Part shown: in pieces, positions 42,801-53,130 of the stretch
Numbering within the stretch: the stretch's first letter is position 1
How the letters are laid out: each line of letters begins with the position of its first letter
Origin: an uncultured bacterium
GTDB lineage: Bacteria; Verrucomicrobiota; Kiritimatiellia; RFP12; UBA1067
Direction of reading: 5' to 3'
DNA: 64,000 nt
Assembly (NCBI GenBank): GCA_902770045.1
Contig: CACXRO010000001.1
Span: 46,304 to 110,303 of the forward strand
Notes under the pieces: model-generated
Seen by the model: the letters and a program-made list of their open reading frames with translations, nothing else
Databases searched by the model: none
Told to the model about the DNA's origin: nothing
Program-made: the position numbers and the translations under genes

Positions 42801-44858
42801 CTACCTGACCATATCCAATATCAACTCTGAAGGGACGCCTGCTGACGTTATCAGCAAATAGTCCCTCGCCCTTGTGCAAGCGACATAAAGAAGATTCCTC
42901 TCTGTGTCGTATATCTCCTCCAGGCCTGCGACAAGGTCTGCCTCTGCGATCCGCTCCGGCGATGGAAGGACACCATTGTCGCATGCCATAACGACAGCGG
43001 CACGGTACTCAAGCCCCTTCGCCTGAAACATCTCCAACACCCTCGGCTTCACAATCCCATCATTGTAGGCACTTTTTTCAAGCGCACCATGCGCCCTCGG
43101 GAATTCCCTCTGACTCCGGCAGAATATCGCCACAGCCTCTGGAGGAATGTTCAAGTCATTCGCCAGACGATCCAACCACTCAGCGACGCCGTTGATTTCC
43201 GCCTCTTTGTCCTCAAATCTACGCACCTCAGGTTTTGGCCCACTCAACAGTGAAATCGATCGTCTCCTTTCCTCTATGTCGTCAGCATCTCGCCCGTTGA
43301 GGTCCGTGAGCCTATCCGCCATAGAGCGTATTTCTTGAGTAGTACGATAGTTCACTTTCAGCACCCTGCTCATGCCACGCAGATCGATACCGTGAGGGCG
43401 CCATGGGAAGGGATATCGAATTATCCGCTGCCCAATATCCCCAGCAAAGAACATCCTCTTCGACTCACCCATGTATGCGACAATGAAGTCAAGCTCTACC
43501 TCGCACAAATCTTGGCACTCGTCCACGACGAAATGCGTATAGTATCGCGGCATATCGGAATGTTCATGGCAATATTCCACAAGCTTAGCGTACATCTGTT
43601 CAACAGTAATATAGCCGCAATCTACGTTCAGCCCGTGATACACATAACCAAGCACCTTCCATAGTGCCTTGCGCCGCTCGACAGAAAGCTTCGTGTGCAC
43701 CCCACGCCTCACCGTGTGTAGATATTCCTCCTCCGTCTTGATCTGTCTTGGCTCAACTACAAGCCGCCATTCTGAAAGTGCGAACGCCGGTGTAATTCCC
43801 TTTGGCAGCTCGTTTGCGTGAAACTGCAATATCTTAAGCGCCTCTGCATTTGCCTCATCGTGAGGCACCACCGCCCCGTGCCCCGGGAAAAGCGCGTCGA
43901 ACTGCCTGCGTGCGAATTGCTCGAGAGTCGTCACATCGCAGCGCTCCAGCGCCTTAGGGCTCAGCAATGCACAGCACCGCTTTTTCAGGTCGGCCGCAAG
44001 CTCCGGCGAATATGTGGAAACCAGCACCCGAGCCCCCGCGTCCTCGCCAAGCACGAACTTCGCATGGTGGAGAGCTACGACCGTCTTGCCAGTACCCGCA
44101 CTGCCGCACACGCGGAACGGCTTGATGTATGAACGGTAGGCGACCTTCCTTTGCGATGGATGCAGATATACGCACCAGGCCCCCCAATCGGCATTCTCAA
44201 GAACAGATTTGAGATCGTCGTCGTCCGATACAACCCACCAGCTCTGCGGATTCCATTTCGTCCCGCCGCCCTGATCCGGCTGCTCCTCTGGTTCAATCGA
44301 AGGCCTTTCTCCGGCGGCAATGGACAGCACAACTTCAGCAATGTCAGGCGGCAAATGATACTGCCCTATGTTAAGAAGCTCGTCTTCTTCTGTCGCTGCC
44401 ACCACCCGCTCGACCCATTCTTCCGGCACACCCCAGGCAAGGAGTTCGGCGCGAGTAATCGCCAATATGTCGCAAAGGGAACGCTTTGGCTTCACTCCTT
44501 TTTGCCGCACCTCTATCTTCGGTTCGGCAGCAACCTCAGGTATCTCGACAAGTTGCATCGCCCCAGTCGTGGGATGCTCCTTCAGGACATGGTTTTTCGC
44601 CCACACATACGCCTTGTCGTGATGGTCAACCCAGCACAAAACCATCTGTCCGTCGTCGCCGCGATAAAAAATAATGCGCATGTCTCCATTGACATACGCG
44701 CTCCACCACCCCGCGTTGCCGTCCAGCTTGTGAAGCGACAAGGTCGACGCCGTAGGATCGATGTTGAGATCCATTATGGTGTGCGAAATGACCTTCTGCT
44801 CCTTCTGCGGGAAGGTGCGATACTGTTTCGTGAACGCCGCCGAGAATATCACAGACAT
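42801..44858 (-). CDS. SF1 UvrD-like helicase with N-terminal RelE/ParE-like domain
   Basis: GSAGTGKT, VDECQD, GDIGQ, NYR, KGLE, YVACTRA; N-term LHKL..WSAYVNGDMRIIF. Confidence 0.85.
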   Translation of the reverse strand: MSVIFSAAFTKQYRTFPQKEQKVISHTIMDLNIDPTASTLSLHKLDGNAGWWSAYVNGDMRIIFYRGDDGQMVLCWVDHHDKAYVWAKNHVLKEHPTTGAMQLVEIPEVAAEPKIEVRQKGVKPKRSLCDILAITRAELLAWGVPEEWVERVVAATEEDELLNIGQYHLPPDIAEVVLSIAAGERPSIEPEEQPDQGGGTKWNPQSWWVVSDDDDLKSVLENADWGAWCVYLHPSQRKVAYRSYIKPFRVCGSAGTGKTVVALHHAKFVLGEDAGARVLVSTYSPELAADLKKRCCALLSPKALERCDVTTLEQFARRQFDALFPGHGAVVPHDEANAEALKILQFHANELPKGITPAFALSEWRLVVEPRQIKTEEEYLHTVRRGVHTKLSVERRKALWKVLGYVYHGLNVDCGYITVEQMYAKLVEYCHEHSDMPRYYTHFVVDECQDLCEVELDFIVAYMGESKRMFFAGDIGQRIIRYPFPWRPHGIDLRGMSRVLKVNYRTTQEIRSMADRLTDLNGRDADDIEERRRSISLLSGPKPEVRRFEDKEAEINGVAEWLDRLANDLNIPPEAVAIFCRSQREFPRAHGALEKSAYNDGIVKPRVLEMFQAKGLEYRAAVVMACDNGVLPSPERIAEADLVAGLEEIYDTERNLLYVACTRARDYLLITSAGVPSELILDMVR

Positions 44859-44859
44859 G

Positions 44860-47718
44860 TCACTTCACCTCGAACACTTTCATCACCTCGTCTCCGAAGT
44901 GGTTGATGACCTTTACCGCAATCTGCCCGGACCTCGGACGCGCGAACGGACGGGACACCGTCTTCGCGACCGTCTCCCATTCCTCCTCGTCTATGTCGTT
45001 CTTCAGAAACACCTTAAACGCCTTGTACACGTCGTCTCGCCCTGGGAAATAAACCTGCCTCGCGATGAACGACTCGCCCGAATAGTCCGTGTCGAGCATC
45101 CAGCAGTCGATGGCGTCGGCGTTGTCGCTACGCACCTCATCCCGTTTCGGGTCATAGACATCGACACCTTTGATAGCCACCGTGTATAGGTCGTCCTCAG
45201 TGTGCGTGACATCGATATCCGGTTCGCCGAAGATGACGAACGGATTGCCGCTACCAGTCTCCTTGAGGTCGGTCGACATGTGCAAGTCGCTGTTCATCCG
45301 CGCCTGAAGCACCTTGAGCCGCCCCATCGCAGAATCGCTCCCCTCCTCCACATACGCCTCGAAGTTGAACGCACAGTAGACAAGCACGTCAAATCCGCAC
45401 TCCAGCGCCTCGCGCGACGCGTTCTTCATGTCGAGCCGCGTCACCGAACCAAACTCAGGGCCGAACGCTACTGCATACCTCTTCGACTTCCCGTTTTCCG
45501 AAGCCGCGCCCCAAGCCTCGGCAACGATGTATTTCCCGTTCGCCCACGGCTCCACGCTCGTGAACTCAATACGGTCGCCCTTCCGTGCCTGCTTGATTCC
45601 GTTCTTTCGGAGCGTCCGTATCATGCGCGTGATGTAGTTCGCGCCGTTGCCATAGTCGATGTCCTTGGCAAGCTTCATCGCAGGATCGGAGAGCGTCCCG
45701 TCCGCCTCGCTCACGAGGGCGCGCACCGGCGCGACGGACTCCACTGTGAACGGTCCCGCCACACGCACTCGCTTCTTGTCCTCATACGGCTTGTCGTACA
45801 GATATTCCATTTCCGCTGTTCGCGCGATAGAGTCGTCTATCTCCTTCTGTCGCGCGCGCTTCAGTTTCATGAACTCTGCATGAAGCTTCTTTGCCTCGTC
45901 CGACCAAGCCTCCAATGCCTCAAACGGCACCTCCCATTCCTGAAACTCCGGCCGCGCCGTTTTCTCCGCCAACTCCTTCCTCAGCCTATCGCTCTCCGTC
46001 TCGTACTTCTCCCAGATTGTGTCAATCTCCGAGTTATTGGCAATCGCCTTCAGCGTGATGTGCGGGACACGCTCATAGACAAATCCCTGCGAGATCTTGT
46101 TGAATGTCGGACGTTGAATCACCCTTCCAGTAATCTCCATCTCCTTCTTCAACCCCGCCTCCGAGTCAGCAAGCAGATAGTACGGATACTTCGACGTCAT
46201 AATTCGCCGCCTTGCAAGCGCAATCGCCACACGCGACGTGTCGATTGTAATCCAACGACGCCCCCACTGCTCGGCCACATACGCAGTTGTTCCCGAACCG
46301 CACGTTGGGTCAAGAACGAGATCGCCAGGATCGGTACACATCAGCATGCAACGCTGAATAACCAAATCAGACGTCTGACATACATATCTCTTTTCTGAAA
46401 ACGTGCCTATTATAGTGTCTCCCCAAACATGATCAATTGGCATGAGTGTGAAGTCTTCGGAAAACAACTTGTATGATAAAACCTTTCCAAGTGCGACAAC
46501 TCTATCCGCCCTAACCAATCGTTCCATTCCAATAGGCCAACTTGCTGCCCAGTGTCGCCCTGGCGAAGGCAAGAATTCTTTACCAGCGAATGAAAATGGA
46601 GTCATAATATCTGAAGAACCTTGCCTTGAAATATCCGCGGCACGAAAGAGTTTCAATCCATCAAATGACCCAGACTTCAGCTCGGCTTTACTAAGCCTTT
46701 TCCATGATCCTCTAACTTCTACACAATTATACGTCCCCCCGTCCGTTTTTTCTTTTCGAGCGACAAGTGGTTTCCTATACTTCATCATTGGTCTGTTTTT
46801 AGCATACCAAACGAGGAAATCATGTGTTACTCCCAAGAAATTTGCTTTTATTGAAGCCGTCTTGGCAAACGTAATCAGGCAAACATAATTTTCCTCGCCA
46901 AACACTTCATCCATAAGTGCACGCACCCTATGGACATTATCATCACTAATTTGCACAAACACGCTTCCTGTCTCACACAGCAAATCCCTCGCCACAGTCA
47001 ATCTATCGCGCAGATATCCGAGATAGGAATGTACGCCGTCATGCCAAGTATCGCGAAACGCTTTTACCATTTCCGGCTCGCGTGTGATGTCCTCCTTCTT
47101 GCCGTCCTTCACGTTCGTTGATTTCGTGCTGGGTTGCCAGTTGGAATTGAACTTGATTCCATATGGCGGATCGAAGTAAATCATCTGCACCTTGCCGCGC
47201 AACCGCTCGTTCTCGGCAAGCGAAGCCATCACCTGAAGCGAGTCGCCGAGGATCATGCGGTTCTTCCACCCCTCCTCATGGTTGTAGAAGCAGGGCTTGG
47301 CGTTCGGGTCAAAATCCTCGGAAAGCTCGCCAAGCGTCATCTGCGCATCGGCGGCGTCACGGCGAATCGCCGACTGCCGCTTCATCTCCTCGATGAGCAT
47401 GCGCGGGAATATCTTCTCCTGCTGGTAGATGTAGGGCGCGGCTGTTTCCAGCTCATTGACGTCGTTCGGTTTCTTGCCACGCCAGATGTACTGCGGATCA
47501 AGGTCGGGATCTCGCGCAGCAAATTCTTCGCCAAGCGGTGGCGGTGGAACGGCTCCATCCAAGGGATACTTTGCCGTTGGCGTAGGTGCACCAACAAGCT
47601 CTTCTGGATTGATGCCGCTGTACTCTCCTGTCAGGATCGTGGTGCGGGTGTACTCGCGGTGCATCTCGTAGTCTTCTACCGGAGTAGGCCCCGTCGATTT
47701 CTTCTTACCCTTAGCCAT
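44860..47718 (-). CDS. mod: Type III R-M adenine methyltransferase
   Basis: YFDPPY followed by LDPTCGSGTT; coupled to res. Confidence 0.9.
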   Translation of the reverse strand: MAKGKKKSTGPTPVEDYEMHREYTRTTILTGEYSGINPEELVGAPTPTAKYPLDGAVPPPPLGEEFAARDPDLDPQYIWRGKKPNDVNELETAAPYIYQQEKIFPRMLIEEMKRQSAIRRDAADAQMTLGELSEDFDPNAKPCFYNHEEGWKNRMILGDSLQVMASLAENERLRGKVQMIYFDPPYGIKFNSNWQPSTKSTNVKDGKKEDITREPEMVKAFRDTWHDGVHSYLGYLRDRLTVARDLLCETGSVFVQISDDNVHRVRALMDEVFGEENYVCLITFAKTASIKANFLGVTHDFLVWYAKNRPMMKYRKPLVARKEKTDGGTYNCVEVRGSWKRLSKAELKSGSFDGLKLFRAADISRQGSSDIMTPFSFAGKEFLPSPGRHWAASWPIGMERLVRADRVVALGKVLSYKLFSEDFTLMPIDHVWGDTIIGTFSEKRYVCQTSDLVIQRCMLMCTDPGDLVLDPTCGSGTTAYVAEQWGRRWITIDTSRVAIALARRRIMTSKYPYYLLADSEAGLKKEMEITGRVIQRPTFNKISQGFVYERVPHITLKAIANNSEIDTIWEKYETESDRLRKELAEKTARPEFQEWEVPFEALEAWSDEAKKLHAEFMKLKRARQKEIDDSIARTAEMEYLYDKPYEDKKRVRVAGPFTVESVAPVRALVSEADGTLSDPAMKLAKDIDYGNGANYITRMIRTLRKNGIKQARKGDRIEFTSVEPWANGKYIVAEAWGAASENGKSKRYAVAFGPEFGSVTRLDMKNASREALECGFDVLVYCAFNFEAYVEEGSDSAMGRLKVLQARMNSDLHMSTDLKETGSGNPFVIFGEPDIDVTHTEDDLYTVAIKGVDVYDPKRDEVRSDNADAIDCWMLDTDYSGESFIARQVYFPGRDDVYKAFKVFLKNDIDEEEWETVAKTVSRPFARPRSGQIAVKVINHFGDEVMKVFEVK

Positions 47719-50700
47719 TGTCTTTCTCTCCCTTGGTAAATTCATCGATAGCCGACGCATACGCGGTGCGGCAGTTCACTAGCAATTGCTCATCATTAGC
47801 AAAACCGTCTAATTCGAAGTGATCCCTGTTCAGCTCGATAAACGCCCAGCGCCCGAAGTTCTTGAGTTTGTTCACGCCGGGAATCCAGTAAGTTTCCATC
47901 GTCGACTTCTTGGCATTCGCGTCAATATACCGATAGCCCTTCACCTCAATGACAAGATGAAGAGGGTCGTCTAATCCTTTTCCATCGTCGAGCAGCACAA
48001 TGAAATCAGGCAGATACTCACGTCGTTCGCTACCGATCACATACGGAACCTCGAAGTCGAGGCCGTAGTTCTTCACGTATGCAATTGTCTGCGGATGTTC
48101 CTCGAGCACTCTGCAGAGAATCTCTTCCCACGACGAATCGCAGATTGCGTAGTTGACATGTGATTTCCCAGGGCTCGTCTCGTAGGCGATTTTCTTTGTG
48201 CGCGAAATACGGAAATTGACAGAAGAAGTGGAGCCTGTCGGCAAGAAGTCGTCCAGCAAGACCGATATCGACGCCTTGTCCTCCGCAACTGCCTTGCGCA
48301 CAATCGCGTCATTGATCTTGTTGCAGGCCTCGTCCTTTAAGTTCGGCGATTCTACTACAACATCCTCAGGTACGCCTATGCATTTAAGATAGCCCTTGTC
48401 GATCCAATCAGTGAAAAGCGTCCGCACTTGTCCAAACAGACGAACGCGATCCAATGCAGTGTAGCCAGAATAGAACTTCTCGACGAAACGCTTCGCAAGC
48501 TGCATGATGATGTCAGACCTCCGACGGCCGACGCCTTCGTATGTCAGCACCTGCTTTTCGCCGATTGCGCTAGCGTTCAGCACTTTGGTCGGGCCAACTT
48601 CGTTAACCGTGATGCGCAGTTCGGAACTGTCCTTGAAGTCCGCCTCAAGTCGCACATCAGGTGAATTCGTCTCCAGATAGTATCCAAGAACGCGAGGGAA
48701 GCGTATCGTAAGCATATCGCGCTCTGGCTTTACGGCATGGACATGAATGACGTCAGGGGGCTCAATCGGAGGCGGATTCTTGATACCAGAAGCAAAGTGG
48801 AACGGTATGCCGAAGATATCCGCATACTCAGGGGCGTAGAGTCCCGTGTCTTTGCTCAACTCGTAGTTGAGGCGACGAAGTCCGCGCCCAACCACCTGTT
48901 CGCAAAGAAGTTGCGTGCCAAACGCCCTTACACCAAGAATATGCGTGACTGTGTTCGCATCCCAGCCCTCGGTAAGCATCGAGACTGAGACGACGCAACG
49001 AATCGATTCGCCCAGTTTGCCCGGCTTGCCGACAGTGTTCATCACCTCTCGCAGTATGTCTTCATCACTGAGATTTCGCGCTTTCTCCATTTCGCCACGA
49101 TTTCGCAGCTCGCGCTTGAACACCTCCAGCTCTTCGGCGGCAGCTTTTTTGAAATCATCGGCAAGCGCCTCCCCGGACTCCAGCTGCGCGGAGTCGATGA
49201 GCAGAGTGTGCGGACGAGCCAATGGCTGGTCGCAGTCGTCATAATTGTCGAAGAGATCGCATGCGCCCTTCACATGCTGCACATTACCTTCGGCATCGGC
49301 AATGTCGAAACCAGCGATGAACTGGTATACTATTTTCGAGATCGCGGTGTTCTGGCAAACGATTATGAAGCACGGTGGCGCCTTGCAGTTGGCCGCCTGC
49401 CACTTCTCGAAAACTTCTTTGTAGCCTCCGTAAAGAACATTGATCGCCGTTCGCAGCAAATCCGGTATCTTGCGTGGATCAAAAGAATCGGCCTTGCTTT
49501 TGCCGCGGATGGAACAGAACGATTTGCCTTCCTTCGTATCCTTCAAATGCTTCCAAAGTTCGCGGTACTTCGGCAGTTCGGACGCTGTGACGACGTTATC
49601 GTCTATCGGAATGCGCGGCAATTTTACAATGCCGCACTCAAGTGCGTCCATAAGGGAAAAGTCGCTGACCGTCCAGGGGAACAGCGTTCCCTCCTTGTAG
49701 CCACTGCCGCTCAGGAAGAACGGCGTGGCCGAAAGGTCGACTACTCGCGCTTTCGGCATCTTGGCACGAATCGCTTCAAGGCCGGATATCCAAAGCCGCG
49801 CCGTCTCCTCGTTCTTCTTGGCCTCGTCCCGCCCGTCGGCATCGAGATCTTCCTCTTCCTCACCGATGGCATCAACAGGTCGATGTCGGTAGCAGTGATG
49901 CGCTTCGTCGTTGATCATGAGAATATTCTTGAGCCCCGCCGCATCGCCGAGAACGCGCGAAACCATCTGGCCTTCTGTCTCGACCATCTGCGGACCATCT
50001 CCGCCATCAGGCCCCACTAGCATTGCTTTTGTCCCAGAAGAAAGCTCCATCGTGCTTTTCCGCTGAAACTGTTGGAAGTTCGTAATGATAATGCGCGCCG
50101 TCTCCATCAGCGGCAGCAAGTCTTTTGGTACGAGATTACGATGCTGGTAGTACGATTCGTCATCATTCGGCAGCAGTACGCGCAGACGATCCTTGATTGT
50201 GATGCCCGGTGTTGTGATTAGGAATCCATTGGTAAACTTACCGCTATTTAAACCATGTCGAGCGGCATTTATTGTCTGCCACGCAATGATCATGGCCATG
50301 ACGGTTGTCTTTCCTGCGCCAGTGGCCAGTTTAAGTGCAATGCGGTATAGTTCCTTATCCGCATCATCGTTTGCTAGAGCGAGCTGTTCAAGGAACTGCC
50401 TGCCGCTCGAGGATTCATTTGCCACCTCTGTAAGCCATATCAAAGTCTCGACTGCCTCCACCTGACAGAAGAATGGACGGATATCAGGGAAATTGTCGCC
50501 GTTTCGCCAGTGCTTCAGGAGCCGTGCAGTCTCAGCTGTTACACCCCATCTTTCGGGTGGGAGTCTACGCCATTCATCAACCTTCGCGCGAATGGAATTA
50601 ATTAACTCGTTGGTAGAATATGTGGAATAGTCAACACCATTTGCCGTTTGAGAAAAAAGATCGCCTTGGTATTGCCCTCCCTTGACACGTCGATTAATGG

Positions 50701-50899
50701 CAATAGGCGACTTTAAGCTGGATGGACGACGGAACTCGTTTATCTTCTGAGTTGGGAGGTTGTCGGCATCCATCTCCCAATGCCGCCCTGGATATTCATA
50801 GGGAGAATTGAGAATTGGATTCAGTGCAAAATCCCTTGTATTAGGAACCGTCTCTTCCACATCCGTCCCTTCCTTCCGCGCCTGTTCCGGAGAGAGCAT
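47711..50899 (-). CDS. res: Type III restriction endonuclease/helicase (start uncertain)
   Basis: ATGAGKT, DEAHH, SAT, EQVVGRGLR, PD..EVK nuclease. Confidence 0.9.
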   Translation of the reverse strand: MLSPEQARKEGTDVEETVPNTRDFALNPILNSPYEYPGRHWEMDADNLPTQKINEFRRPSSLKSPIAINRRVKGGQYQGDLFSQTANGVDYSTYSTNELINSIRAKVDEWRRLPPERWGVTAETARLLKHWRNGDNFPDIRPFFCQVEAVETLIWLTEVANESSSGRQFLEQLALANDDADKELYRIALKLATGAGKTTVMAMIIAWQTINAARHGLNSGKFTNGFLITTPGITIKDRLRVLLPNDDESYYQHRNLVPKDLLPLMETARIIITNFQQFQRKSTMELSSGTKAMLVGPDGGDGPQMVETEGQMVSRVLGDAAGLKNILMINDEAHHCYRHRPVDAIGEEEEDLDADGRDEAKKNEETARLWISGLEAIRAKMPKARVVDLSATPFFLSGSGYKEGTLFPWTVSDFSLMDALECGIVKLPRIPIDDNVVTASELPKYRELWKHLKDTKEGKSFCSIRGKSKADSFDPRKIPDLLRTAINVLYGGYKEVFEKWQAANCKAPPCFIIVCQNTAISKIVYQFIAGFDIADAEGNVQHVKGACDLFDNYDDCDQPLARPHTLLIDSAQLESGEALADDFKKAAAEELEVFKRELRNRGEMEKARNLSDEDILREVMNTVGKPGKLGESIRCVVSVSMLTEGWDANTVTHILGVRAFGTQLLCEQVVGRGLRRLNYELSKDTGLYAPEYADIFGIPFHFASGIKNPPPIEPPDVIHVHAVKPERDMLTIRFPRVLGYYLETNSPDVRLEADFKDSSELRITVNEVGPTKVLNASAIGEKQVLTYEGVGRRRSDIIMQLAKRFVEKFYSGYTALDRVRLFGQVRTLFTDWIDKGYLKCIGVPEDVVVESPNLKDEACNKINDAIVRKAVAEDKASISVLLDDFLPTGSTSSVNFRISRTKKIAYETSPGKSHVNYAICDSSWEEILCRVLEEHPQTIAYVKNYGLDFEVPYVIGSERREYLPDFIVLLDDGKGLDDPLHLVIEVKGYRYIDANAKKSTMETYWIPGVNKLKNFGRWAFIELNRDHFELDGFANDEQLLVNCRTAYASAIDEFTKGEKDNG

Positions 50900-50924
50900 G
50901 CCACCGGCGCGGCAGAAGAAGAGC

Positions 50925-50998
50925 GGCGCACTCCCAAGATTCAGTTTCGTTGAGGCACCGGAAAGAGCCTTGAATGGAACCGACTATGAAAGTGCACC
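50925..50998 (-). other. Rod-like RNA hairpin upstream of res
   Basis: GGTGCACTTTCA pairs with TGGGAGTGCGCC, plus inner stems. Confidence 0.5.
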
Positions 50999-51079
50999 GC
51001 GTGGAATTATTCCACACGTGCGCACAGCCGTATTTCGCCCCACTCAGTGAAAATTTCCGGTTTTCAACGAAGCTACTTT

Positions 51080-51192
51080 ACGTACTATTGCGTACGTCGG
51101 CGGATGTTGCCACCCGCCCTTGGCGATCTCCGCACTTGCGTGTCGCCGTTCCTGGGCCAGCCTGCACCCAGGAATGTGTCAAAGAGCGATTT
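51080..51192 (-). ncRNA. Candidate structured RNA/leader: boxA-like motif plus four hairpins
   Basis: CGCTCTTTGACA then stems 51149-51174, 51122-51147, 51099-51118, 51080-51097. Confidence 0.6.
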
Positions 51193-51198
51193 GCGGAT

Positions 51199-51227
51199 AT
51201 TATACTATAATGCCCTGGCGTGGTCAA
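51199..51227 (-). promoter_or_regulatory. Sigma-70 promoter TTGACC-N17-TATAAT
   Basis: Near-consensus hexamers with 17-bp spacing. Confidence 0.75.
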
Positions 51228-51257
51228 TGGGGCTAGGGATAATGCCATTCTGCCGCG
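51227..51257. repeat. 31-bp direct repeat, left of AbiE
   Basis: 26/31 identical to 53131-53161. Confidence 0.75.
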
Positions 51258-51426
51258 GACTGGCGGGCGTAGAGGCGTTTGAAGGTGACGAGCGCCGGCG
51301 AATCAGCTAGCGCGCGCGGGACGCGCTTCAGCACTAGCGCCCGCGCATCCCATAGCCGCCAAGTCCATGGTCACAAACTGTGATCTTGAACTGGTCTGGT
51401 CAGAGAATACGCCTTGCCGAAATCCA

Positions 51427-52332
51427 TCATAAGAGTATCCTTTCCAACGCCAATGCATTATCTGCGAATTTCCTTGCATCCCTTTGACGCAGTGTTTCCA
51501 GGTTCATGCGTTTCCAAATGACGGCCGGAAGCTTCTCCAGCCCGGGTATGCCAAAAACGTCAGCGTCCACCTCAAGCGCGGTGAACGCCACAAGCCGTTC
51601 TCGGTCTTCTCGCGTAAGCGAGGCGTTGATGTCCGCGACAAGCCGCCGAAAAGTCGCAACATGCTCGTCGTACTCAAACGGAACGTCACTCATGCCGGCA
51701 AACTGCGAGGCAAACGTTTCAGACTGGTCGAGCATGTTCGGCGCGAGCATCTCGTGCAGCGGACGGTTGTGGCCAAGCGCCAATGCGATAAATCCGCCTT
51801 TCACGTCATCGACGGTTCCGCCCCCGCCGAAGAACTGAGCCACGTCGAAGAGGTCACGTGGATGCTGCCTGTCCAGCGCCGCGCAGAACTTGCCGCCATA
51901 CAGCTCCTCACGGGAAAGAACTGCCATTTCCGCCGAAGCCCCAACGATTTCGGACATCTTGGGGGCAAGTTCAAGTTGACGGGTGGGATAGACCGTGCCG
52001 CGCAAGATGAAATTAGGTTCAACCTTGATTTCTGCTCCATTCGCAAAACATGTCATCTTGCGCGATGCATCCGTCCCGTGCATACGAACGAGGAATCCGC
52101 GTGCCCTCAGCCTCTCGGCAATGCGATCCAGCGCGGCGTTGATCTCGCGTATCGCGGTATCGCGGCCGGACACGGGGAGAAAAGTCAAGTCAATATCTAC
52201 GGAAAGACGTGGCAGGTCAAGCTCAAAGAGATTGATGGCCGTTCCGCCTTTTATCGCAAAGCAGCTTTCCTCCGCTATCGACGGAATGCATCGCACGACC
52301 AACTCGGACTGGCGAAGATAGCGCCCTTCCAT
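51427..52332 (-). CDS. abiEii: AbiEii nucleotidyltransferase toxin (type IV TA)
   Basis: KGGTAINL..RLSVDIDL, K..AALDRQHPRDLFD. Confidence 0.92.
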   Translation of the reverse strand: MEGRYLRQSELVVRCIPSIAEESCFAIKGGTAINLFELDLPRLSVDIDLTFLPVSGRDTAIREINAALDRIAERLRARGFLVRMHGTDASRKMTCFANGAEIKVEPNFILRGTVYPTRQLELAPKMSEIVGASAEMAVLSREELYGGKFCAALDRQHPRDLFDVAQFFGGGGTVDDVKGGFIALALGHNRPLHEMLAPNMLDQSETFASQFAGMSDVPFEYDEHVATFRRLVADINASLTREDRERLVAFTALEVDADVFGIPGLEKLPAVIWKRMNLETLRQRDARKFADNALALERILL

Positions 52333-53084
52333 CAATATTCCCTCCATGGCTTGACAACGACGTTGTATTTCGGCTGGAACTCCCCGTCTTTGTCGATTAC
52401 ACGACATCCTGAGCCAAGATCTATGCCCGAAAGGTCAACCCTCTTCGTCCATCGATGACCAATGTCGTCGGCAAGTAGCAGAAAGACGCGCTTAGCCTTG
52501 ACAGAACCGCACTTCGTCAACAGTTCAGAGACGAGTTTAGGGCGCAATGTATCCGCAAATTCCATCAGCTGGTATAGCTCTCCAAGCGCGACCTTCTGCG
52601 GCACCTCCGCCGCAAGTTCCAAGAACGCTCGTTCCGGCGACGAAACCGCGCACACCGCCTCGCGATGTTCAACACCCGTTTCGTCGGGGAATAGCGAAGT
52701 GCGTTTGCAGACGAATCGGCCGGCATACGCGACTGAAAACCATTTCGGCAGACGGACACCCCGCCTGAGGTATATCTCAGCTGGCAATCCCCCAATCGGA
52801 ACATACTGCATAATGCCGCGCCGGGCCAACGCAGTCTTTCCCCCGAGATGAAGCGGCAACCCAAGCTGCTCGACGAGCGCGGCGAGCGCGGCGTCAATCG
52901 ACGGGACATCGCCGCTTTCGCAAAATGCTCCATTACCCAGCGAACGCAGCCAATTCGACTTGCGGTATTTCAGCATGCTTTGGTAGCTCACACCATGTCG
53001 CCGCAGATAAACTGCCGTCACTACGCCTTTTTGATGGACAAGGCGCATGATGTTCTTTATTTTCGTGTCGTTTTCTGAACTCAT
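52332..53084 (-). CDS. abiEi: AbiEi antitoxin (type IV TA)
   Basis: HLGGKTAL, SSPERAFLE, CGSVKAKR, IDLGSG; overlaps toxin start. Confidence 0.9.
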   Translation of the reverse strand: MSSENDTKIKNIMRLVHQKGVVTAVYLRRHGVSYQSMLKYRKSNWLRSLGNGAFCESGDVPSIDAALAALVEQLGLPLHLGGKTALARRGIMQYVPIGGLPAEIYLRRGVRLPKWFSVAYAGRFVCKRTSLFPDETGVEHREAVCAVSSPERAFLELAAEVPQKVALGELYQLMEFADTLRPKLVSELLTKCGSVKAKRVFLLLADDIGHRWTKRVDLSGIDLGSGCRVIDKDGEFQPKYNVVVKPWREY

Positions 53085-53130
53085 GGTTGATGTATTGTAT
53101 CAAAAACAAAACGGGACTGCAACCACCAGC

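Noticed and set aside
44860-47718. Phase-variable mod
   Set aside because: No simple-sequence repeat tract seen in the gene.
51080-51192. tRNA or retron ncRNA
   Set aside because: No acceptor stem or T-loop, and no reverse transcriptase in the window.
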